A DNA stretch of 24,000 nt from contig ASPF01000025.1 of the NCBI GenBank assembly GCA_000405685.1, forward strand, positions 5,347-29,346, read 5' to 3'. The DNA comes from Candidatus Geocrenenecus sp. JGI 0000106-J15 (lineage in GTDB: Archaea; Thermoproteota; Nitrososphaeria_A; Caldarchaeales; Wolframiiraptoraceae). The stretch's first letter is position 1. Every line of letters starts with the position of its first letter. Below the pieces are notes generated by a model. It searched no databases and had not been told where the DNA came from. It saw only the letters and a list, made by a program, of their open reading frames with translations. The translations under genes were made by a program, and so were the position numbers. Below, in pieces: positions 17,513-24,000 of this stretch.

Positions 17513-19177
17513 ATGGTTCACTGTTTAAGATTGAGAAAAGTAGTCCAAGTTTTCTTGGTACTCTCGATTTTTGCAACTCTGATCTTAAGTGCGATAAGCG
17601 ATGAATATGGTCCTCCTATGCCGAGCGACGATTTTATAGAGAACGCCGCCGAAGAGTACTTCCTCGAATTAAAACAACCAAAATTTTCACCTGAAGACGA
17701 AGAATTATATGCTGGTCTCGTAGGTTATGAGATTAGGAGAGTTCATAATGTAACTCAAGTGTCATCACCTCGACCGAAGGTTTGTATCTACAATGAGGTT
17801 CTTTTTATTGGACACTGGGAAGAAGGCTCGTATGGTGCGGAAGTATATGGAGACAGACCTATCGGATCGCTTGACCGTTTTTACGATTCGAATGAAGGAG
17901 ATTATTATTGGAAATTCTCTATGGTAGGTGTAGTTGCTTCTGGATACTCAAACATGGGTTTTAAGCCAGGATGGTTTATCAACCCAGATTGGGGGGATAA
18001 GGTTTATGCGTGGTGGTGCTATTCCAAGGATTCGGACGGTAGTGAAGACGATGGCTCTTATGATGGTGAAGATGGTAGCTCTTATGACGGTGAAGACAGT
18101 GTATCAGACGACTTCCCCCTCGAGATTATTGTGGGTCTCACTGTACTTGTTACGGTGATCGCTGGAGTAGGTCTTTTCGTGATATCCCTAGTTTCAGGGA
18201 AGAAGACAGGCTCCATGACAAAAACCCAGATTCACCCGCCGCCACCTCCACCACCATTCTCAGCCGAAGCGGCTCCCCAAGTACAACTTGCAGAACAACC
18301 GTATTCAGAGATCGACCCTGACGTCAAGAGATGGATAGAGAATATCCCTGTGTACCCTGGCTACTGGTATGTCACGCCTGACGGCAAATATGTGACTAAC
18401 ACGATAAATCCTGACTACACGATACCTGTTGAGTGGGTAAAAGGTACATCAACTGAACCACTAGCAGAGCTATTCTCCACACCAGTCCCCAATATGCAGC
18501 ATAGAGTGTTTTCAAGCAGAATAACGGCATTGATAAAACGCAATAACCCTGAGCTCCTCGACAAACTTACTCTAGGCTCATGGCGTAAGCTTGACGGAGA
18601 CCAGCAGAGGAGTGTCTTGGAGAAGTTTGCAGACAATCTAGCGGAGCAAGTGGGGATGCCACAGATAAAAGTAGAACTCGATCCCGAGTTAGATTATGGT
18701 GCCGCATATGACTGGAATTCCAAGCCTCCGAGAATTCTTATCAATCCTAAATCTATGAACTGTCCAGCTGAGGCGATCCGAGTCGTCACCCATGAGTTCC
18801 AGCATTATGTCCAACATACCGCCCCTGAGAAGATAGTCGGCGGCACACCAGAATACATAGACGCATTAAAGAAGAATTGTGATAATTATATCCATCACAG
18901 TGATGATCCTGTACGCTATGCGGGTCAGCTTTGGGAAAGGGATGCAGAAAACATGGCCAGAATAATGCGAGAGAAGATCAACAAGGCGGCATATCGGCAG
19001 AAGCTTGAAGAGCTTGTTGAGGTTGTATGGGGTAAGGAAGGGCTTGAAATTCTCAATAAGCTCAACAAAACAGAAGCTGAGAAAAAGCTCGATAAAATTT
19101 TTGACACTGTTTTCGGTAAGGAAGGGGCCGATATTCTTCCCAGACAGCATCCTTCAAAGAAAGGGCGTAGCAGGTGA
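17513..19177 (+). CDS. Multidomain membrane protein with predicted cytoplasmic HExxH zincin-like domain
   Basis: Signal sequence VVQVFLVLSIFATLILSAIS, about 180 aa ectodomain, acidic DGS/DGED repeats, TM helix LEIIVGLTVLVTVIAGVGLFVISLVSGKK, PPPPPPP linker, C-terminal ILINPKSMNCPAEAIRVVTHEFQHYVQH...YAGQLWERDAENMARIM. Confidence 0.75.
   Translation: MVHCLRLRKVVQVFLVLSIFATLILSAISDEYGPPMPSDDFIENAAEEYFLELKQPKFSPEDEELYAGLVGYEIRRVHNVTQVSSPRPKVCIYNEVLFIGHWEEGSYGAEVYGDRPIGSLDRFYDSNEGDYYWKFSMVGVVASGYSNMGFKPGWFINPDWGDKVYAWWCYSKDSDGSEDDGSYDGEDGSSYDGEDSVSDDFPLEIIVGLTVLVTVIAGVGLFVISLVSGKKTGSMTKTQIHPPPPPPPFSAEAAPQVQLAEQPYSEIDPDVKRWIENIPVYPGYWYVTPDGKYVTNTINPDYTIPVEWVKGTSTEPLAELFSTPVPNMQHRVFSSRITALIKRNNPELLDKLTLGSWRKLDGDQQRSVLEKFADNLAEQVGMPQIKVELDPELDYGAAYDWNSKPPRILINPKSMNCPAEAIRVVTHEFQHYVQHTAPEKIVGGTPEYIDALKKNCDNYIHHSDDPVRYAGQLWERDAENMARIMREKINKAAYRQKLEELVEVVWGKEGLEILNKLNKTEAEKKLDKIFDTVFGKEGADILPRQHPSKKGRSR
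18038..18110 (+). repeat. Short in-frame acidic repeats (DGS / YDGED units) in the 17513-19177 ORF
   Basis: DNA repeats approximately: gatggctcttatgatggtgaa / gatggtagctcttatgacggtgaa, encoding SEDDGSYDGEDGSSYDGED. Boundaries approximate. Confidence 0.6.
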
Positions 19178-19181
19178 TATC

Positions 19182-19967
19182 ATGCAGGCAAACCAGATCC
19201 CTTCATGGGTTCCTGAAAAGTCGAGGAAACTGATCTGGAAGATAGCATCTGCGCTTAAAGAGCTTGGATACAGCGAGGGACCCATGCTCTGGGACGCTGC
19301 AAGACGTATGGCCATTACGCCAGCCCTGACCGAAGACATGTTTGCATACATCGCAGCTGGAAAGCCGAAAGTTGAAGCGGGACAGCCGAGTCCCCGCATG
19401 CTCTCGAGACAACTTCCAGGAAACTACACAGTAGCATCCCTCATGCTAGATCTTGGACTGAGCCCTGCAGGCGCCTTCCTACTAGGTGCAGAACTAGTAA
19501 ACAATACTCCAGCCGCCTTAAAGATGATAGAGAAAATGATCGAGGAAGGTTACTGCATAATGCTTCCAGACGGAAAGAGAGCTCTAGTCTATCCACCAAT
19601 CTCAGAAAAATATCCGTCATGTCCTAACTGCGGCATGAGATGGATAAGGAAATATGAGAACTGCCCCACATGCGGATACAACGAGAAATACAAGCAGATC
19701 GACCTCGGCCAGCTTCCAGAAAGTGTAAAAGAGATGATCAGAAAAGAGCTATTGGGGGATATAAGTAAAGGCCCAGACCAGACAGAGAAATGCCCCTCTT
19801 GCGGTGCACCCATAAAAGCTGGGGATAAAATCTGTGAGACCTGCGGTGCGACGGTTAAGCAACCTGTCCAGCGAAGATCCGCACCTCGATTCTGCGAAAA
19901 ATGTGGAGCAAAGCTACGGAAGGGTGCAAGATTCTGTGAAATGTGTGGTGCGCCTGTCCGTGCCTAG
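19182..19967 (+). CDS. Multi-zinc-ribbon protein (putative), second gene of the cassette
   Basis: ATG at 19182 follows the upstream stop (19175-19177), with ggtgat as a possible Shine-Dalgarno-like sequence. Three C-terminal zinc-ribbon CxxC pairs: CPNCGMRW...CPTCG, CPSCGAP...CETCGA, FCEKCGAKLRKGARFCEMCGA. The track start at 19005 is just an open upstream extension. Confidence 0.8.
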   Translation: MQANQIPSWVPEKSRKLIWKIASALKELGYSEGPMLWDAARRMAITPALTEDMFAYIAAGKPKVEAGQPSPRMLSRQLPGNYTVASLMLDLGLSPAGAFLLGAELVNNTPAALKMIEKMIEEGYCIMLPDGKRALVYPPISEKYPSCPNCGMRWIRKYENCPTCGYNEKYKQIDLGQLPESVKEMIRKELLGDISKGPDQTEKCPSCGAPIKAGDKICETCGATVKQPVQRRSAPRFCEKCGAKLRKGARFCEMCGAPVRA

Positions 19968-20204
19968 AAAGCATTCAGTGTAGACCAGCTACTTCACGTT
20001 AATCTTTACGCTCTGAGTATATTTTTCAACCAGCCAACAGCAGCTGGATATCTAGCATTAATGGCAGGTATAGAAACTGGTCTTAAATGTATCTTAGATG
20101 TGTATATCATTTCATATTTTTATGTTAATCTTCTCTGTGACTACGGGGATATCTATAATACTTAAGGCTGTAATAGATCCTTTGACCGGGATAAGTGGTA
20201 GGTC

Positions 20205-21098
20205 ATGGATGATGCTGGATTAGATGCTTTAAGAAGAGCTGGTAGGATAGCAAGGAAAGTTAGAGAAAAATCTCTAAGTATTGTTAGAGAAGGTGTAAGC
20301 TTGATCGATGTATGTAGTCTTCTTGAAGGGTTGATTCTAGATGAAGGTGCTAAGCCAGCTTTCCCATGTAATATCTGTATAAACGATGTAGCTGCACATT
20401 ATACACCTACAATAGGAGATAGATCAATAATTCCTCCTAGATCTCTTGTTAAAATAGATATAGGTGTATGCGTTGATGGTTATATCGCTGATACTGCTAT
20501 AACTATATCCCTGGATTCATATTTACAGCCAATAGTTGAAGCAGTTAACACTGCATTACTTGAAGCTGTGAAGATCATTAAACCTGGTGTGCAAACCTCT
20601 ACTATAGGAGGGGTTATCCAGCGTGTTATCACTAGTAGAGGATTTAAACCTATAAGGAATCTAACAGGTCATGAGATTACTAGATATAATCTACATGCAG
20701 GTCTCTCTATACCTAATATCCAGATAGCGAGAGGTGAGAAGCTCGAATTAAACCATGTATACGCTATAGAGCCTTTTGCAACAATGAGTGATGGTGGAGG
20801 AGAAGTAGTCTCATCAAATACTACTACGATCTATAGATTAAATGTTGGAAAGTTTAAACTTGAGAAGCTTGAAGAAGAAAGAAAGCTTCTAGAATTCATC
20901 TATGAAAGATTCAACGGTCTACCATATACGCCTAGATGGATACCTGACTTCGAGAAGCTTAGTAAAATACATGATAAGATTGTTAGGCTGGGAAAGATCT
21001 ATTCATATCCTGTATTAGTTGAAAGAAAAGGTAGGCCTGTATCTCAAGCTGAGCATACAGTAATAGTCACAGAAAAAGGATGTGAGGTCATTACCTAG
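20205..21098 (+). CDS. map: Methionine aminopeptidase (type II, archaeal)
   Basis: GAKPAFPCNICINDVAAHYTPTIGD, VKIDIGVCVDGYIADTAITISL, NLTGHEITRYNLHAG, YAIEPFATMSDGGGEV. Confidence 0.95.
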   Translation: MDDAGLDALRRAGRIARKVREKSLSIVREGVSLIDVCSLLEGLILDEGAKPAFPCNICINDVAAHYTPTIGDRSIIPPRSLVKIDIGVCVDGYIADTAITISLDSYLQPIVEAVNTALLEAVKIIKPGVQTSTIGGVIQRVITSRGFKPIRNLTGHEITRYNLHAGLSIPNIQIARGEKLELNHVYAIEPFATMSDGGGEVVSSNTTTIYRLNVGKFKLEKLEEERKLLEFIYERFNGLPYTPRWIPDFEKLSKIHDKIVRLGKIYSYPVLVERKGRPVSQAEHTVIVTEKGCEVIT

Positions 21099-21159
21099 AC
21101 AATTGAACCTTTCTCCCCTAAACCTAGAACTTGTCGATCATAGAAATAAGTAGATTTAG

Positions 21160-22503
21160 CTATTCTTGTTTTTCTAGGATAGCCCACTTAACTCCTTTTC
21201 CTAAATGCTTCGTCTTCTCCCAGAAAACTTCTTTAAATATTTCTTGGTAGAATGCTCTTAATGCTGCGAGCGGCATCATAAAATTCATGTAGTATATCAT
21301 GTGAGGGATATACTTAACCAAAGTTTTCGCCGTGCCTATTTTTTCCAATATTGCTCCAGCTATCCATGTGTAATAGTAGATAACATTAAAAGAGAGAGGA
21401 AGTATTACCCACCATGGGAAAAGGTCTACTGTTAGTTTAAAAGGAACTATACCCAGATATTCAAGTGACCAGTATATCGTCATACTGTATGCAACCCAAT
21501 TTAAGACAACGATTAATGGAGCGATAAGCATAAAGATTATAGATAAAGTATTGATGAACCCTATCCTCCTTGTTACCGAAGGTACAGAAAGCATAATTAG
21601 ATATTTTATGAGACTCTGTATCCACCCTCTAAACCATCTAGTTCTCTGTCTTAGCCAAGCCTTGAAATTTGTAGGAGCTTCTTCCCAATGTCTTGCATCT
21701 ATGACTATCGTCCTCCTCTTAGATAGATAGAATCTTATTGCTACCTCGGCGTCTTCAGCTAGATTTAATGGATCCCATCTACCGATTTCTCTTATCAGAG
21801 ATGCTTTAAAGTAGTTTCCAGTCCCACCTAATGGTGTGTATAAACCTAGTTTTGATCTTCCATTAAGCATCACCCTAAACCATCCTGCATACTCCATTGA
21901 AAACATCTTCGTTATCCAGTTATCTTCTTGGTTACTTATACGTAGGATTACCTGTACAGATTCTATGTTGTAGTTCTCAATTGCAGATGCAACCTTCAAG
22001 AATGTATCATGCTCAGGTATATCTTCTACATCTATGATACCTATTATTTCCCCTGTACATAGAGAGAGTGAATCGTTTAATGCACTAGGCTTTGTGGCGA
22101 AGTATGCTCTCCTAACCAATGGTTTAACATTTCTTGGGTAGAGCTGAGAGTACCATGTTGCTATTCTCTCTCCTACAGGATCCTCTGTTACAATTACTAT
22201 TTCCTTGCTATCTCTCGGATATTCTATATGGTTTAAGCAGACATCAATCGTTCTAGAAAGGATCGGCTCATCCCTGGCTGGTAGTATGAGAGAAATCTTA
22301 GAATGTCTCCGTGGATTTACTCCAGGATTAAAAGGTCTCTTTAACCCATATGTTATAATTATGATGTGGTAAACTCCCCATAAAGTGTAGATTAATGTGA
22401 GGCTATAAGCAATAAATAGGAGTGATGGTTTAGGGAGTATAATTAAGGCTAATAGTAGTATCGAGACAGAGGCTAAGAAGACTATGGGTCTAGTTCTCAT
22501 CAT
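21160..22503 (-). CDS. Membrane glycosyltransferase family 2 (cellulose/chitin synthase-like)
   Basis: Two N-terminal TMs, KISLILPARDEPILSRTIDVCLNH, IIGIIDVEDIPE, LAEDAEVAIRF, RQRTRWFRGW (QxxRW), C-terminal TM cluster. Confidence 0.88.
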   Translation of the reverse strand: MMRTRPIVFLASVSILLLALIILPKPSLLFIAYSLTLIYTLWGVYHIIIITYGLKRPFNPGVNPRRHSKISLILPARDEPILSRTIDVCLNHIEYPRDSKEIVIVTEDPVGERIATWYSQLYPRNVKPLVRRAYFATKPSALNDSLSLCTGEIIGIIDVEDIPEHDTFLKVASAIENYNIESVQVILRISNQEDNWITKMFSMEYAGWFRVMLNGRSKLGLYTPLGGTGNYFKASLIREIGRWDPLNLAEDAEVAIRFYLSKRRTIVIDARHWEEAPTNFKAWLRQRTRWFRGWIQSLIKYLIMLSVPSVTRRIGFINTLSIIFMLIAPLIVVLNWVAYSMTIYWSLEYLGIVPFKLTVDLFPWWVILPLSFNVIYYYTWIAGAILEKIGTAKTLVKYIPHMIYYMNFMMPLAALRAFYQEIFKEVFWEKTKHLGKGVKWAILEKQE

Positions 22504-23467
22504 TCATAACTACACTATGTAGAGAGGTAAGCTCTCGTATAATCTTATCTTTCGAACTCTCTAAATCATCTATTTTTATTATTTTAATCTTCTCTGGATT
22601 CAGTATCTTCTCAAGCTCAGGTTTAAAATCAGAAGGTAAAATTAAGAACATAATTGAGTTTGGTACGTCTACAGCTTCGATCACCATCATGAATGGGTAT
22701 CTCTCATCTATTTCTCCACTTAAGCCAAATTCTACAATTATAGATGGGCTACCATCAATAAATATCGGTATGGTGTATGTTGTTCCACTTATACCTTTAA
22801 CGTGCTTAAATCCTTCAGCTCTTAGACCATGTAATGTAAGTTCTCTAACTAAGTCTTCTACAACATTATAGATTGGCAGTAGCTTCTTAATCTCATTCGA
22901 TAACTTGTAGATTGGATATTTCTTAATCGTTAATTCATCTACTTTATTTTTATGTCCTTTCTCACAGATTAACCAGATTAACGGTATCTGGAAGATCGAT
23001 CTACAATCTCTGCAGATATAGCCGAAGCCTGGTCTACCATAATCGATCCCAACTCTCTTTAATTCTTTCCCACATTTTGGGCATCTATACAGCCTCGACT
23101 GGCTCTGCATAAATTCTTCTTCTGAACCCATATAGTTACAATCATAGTGTACCATTAACTCTTTCTTCTCAATGTTGTTTGAGCTGCAGTCAGGGCAGAC
23201 TATCAATGGTCGGATGCAGACATCCTCACATATATTGCATGCTGGTAGAGAAACATCTTTCACTACTTCTATGTAGCCTCTTTCTAGATAGTATTTCATC
23301 TTCTCCTCGGGTACTTCTATACCGAATAAGTCATAAACTACACCCAGCCCTTGCCTAATCTCTGGTTTAAACTCTACATCCCTATTTTCAGTTGTCGCTC
23401 TATATGCTGATGAAAAGAAATGCTTATCGAGAGACTCCGCCCAATGGTATATCTTTGATACCTCCAA
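22490..23467 (-). CDS. Cysteine-rich putative metal-binding protein, TackOD1-like
   Basis: CPDCSSNNIEKKELMVHYDCNYMGSEEEF...YRCPKCGKELKRVGIDYGRPGFGYICRDCRSIFQIPLIWLICEKGH resembles the TackOD1 pattern. Overlaps the GT2 gene start by 14 nt. Confidence 0.6.
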   Translation of the reverse strand: MEVSKIYHWAESLDKHFFSSAYRATTENRDVEFKPEIRQGLGVVYDLFGIEVPEEKMKYYLERGYIEVVKDVSLPACNICEDVCIRPLIVCPDCSSNNIEKKELMVHYDCNYMGSEEEFMQSQSRLYRCPKCGKELKRVGIDYGRPGFGYICRDCRSIFQIPLIWLICEKGHKNKVDELTIKKYPIYKLSNEIKKLLPIYNVVEDLVRELTLHGLRAEGFKHVKGISGTTYTIPIFIDGSPSIIVEFGLSGEIDERYPFMMVIEAVDVPNSIMFLILPSDFKPELEKILNPEKIKIIKIDDLESSKDKIIRELTSLHSVVMNDEN

Positions 23468-23624
23468 ATATAAGATACAATATGCTAAGACATATAAATT
23501 CTTAACGCTACCTTACAATATTGTTTTTACTTTTCTGCACCAGAGTAGCGGATGACTGCAAAAATGTTAATTATAAAATAGTGTTTAGATGCGCCTCTTT
23601 GCAGATCTGTAATTCTTGGAGATA

Positions 23625-23837
23625 CTATTTCTCTCTTTCTTTTAGTTGTCTATCTTCCACGTATATTCCTGTTATAAACATCTTGCTTGAACCGCATTTC
23701 GGGCATTTCTCTTCTACTTCTTTGAAGACATAGTCTCCGTCTCTAAATGGTCTAGAGTTCTCAGTATTACATGAGAAGCACGTTAGATGCGTTAACGGCT
23801 GGATAAATTCTCTAAATTGCGGTCTCTGTGGAAACAT
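23625..23837 (-). CDS. Small zinc-ribbon protein (70 aa)
   Basis: LTCFSCNTENSRPF...EEKCPKCGSSKMFITGIYVED: two CxxC knuckles in a compact ORF. Confidence 0.65.
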   Translation of the reverse strand: MFPQRPQFREFIQPLTHLTCFSCNTENSRPFRDGDYVFKEVEEKCPKCGSSKMFITGIYVEDRQLKEREK

Positions 23838-23918
23838 TACCCATACACTCTCTACATAGACAGACTTGGCTACTAATATACTTTGGATTATGCTCTTTTA
23901 TAAAGTGGTTAAAAATGT

Positions 23919-24000
23919 CTATGTTATTCCTATTCCTACTGAGTTTCCTATTCCTGCAACGATAACCGTGCCTCCTTCCTCTATCTTCTCTGTGATTATC
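23919..24000 (-). CDS. C-terminal end of a gene running into the window from the right
   Basis: Reverse-strand open frame to the window edge: IITEKIEEGGTVIVAGIGNSVGIGIT*, stop at 23919-23921. Confidence 0.5.
   Translation of the reverse strand, partial: IITEKIEEGGTVIVAGIGNSVGIGIT

Noticed and set aside
19005-19181. Upstream extension of the zinc-ribbon ORF overlapping gene 1 by about 170 nt
   Set aside because: ATG at 19182 directly after gene 1's stop, with a purine-rich stretch upstream, is the more natural start; the extension is just an open alternate frame.
1-24000. CRISPR array, Cas genes, restriction-modification, toxin-antitoxin or other known defence locus
   Set aside because: No regularly spaced repeats, no Cas or RM motifs and no recognisable toxin-antitoxin pair seen. 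The 17513-19967 cassette is accessory-like, but calling it defence would be speculation.

Overview
This looks like an archaeal chromosome segment of TACK/Thermoproteota type. The support is ribosomal protein S26e, an intron-containing tRNA-Tyr, a tetraether-lipid-synthase-like radical SAM protein and a TackOD1-like zinc-finger protein. Most of the window is ordinary core genome: M50 protease, N-acetyltransferase, rpS26e, PP1/PP2A-type phosphatase, sucCD, MscS-like channel, heme o synthase-like UbiA protein, nitroreductase, trpS, map and a GT2 glycosyltransferase. Three places stand out. (1) 1-1200: the 3' part of an ACR3 arsenite exporter is followed by a decayed Fe-S-domain gene readable in three frames, with a perfect 2x13 bp tandem duplication that explains one frameshift. 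(2) 17022-17365: an internally deleted IS5-type transposase remnant, absent from the supplied ORF track. (3) 17513-19967: a compositionally distinct two-gene cassette. The first gene encodes a secreted/membrane protein with an acidic repeat, a TM helix, a proline-rich linker and a predicted cytoplasmic HEFQH metallopeptidase-like domain. The second encodes a multi-zinc-ribbon protein. This cassette is the best candidate for something undescribed. No CRISPR array or recognisable defence locus was seen. All calls come from reading motifs by eye; no database search was run.
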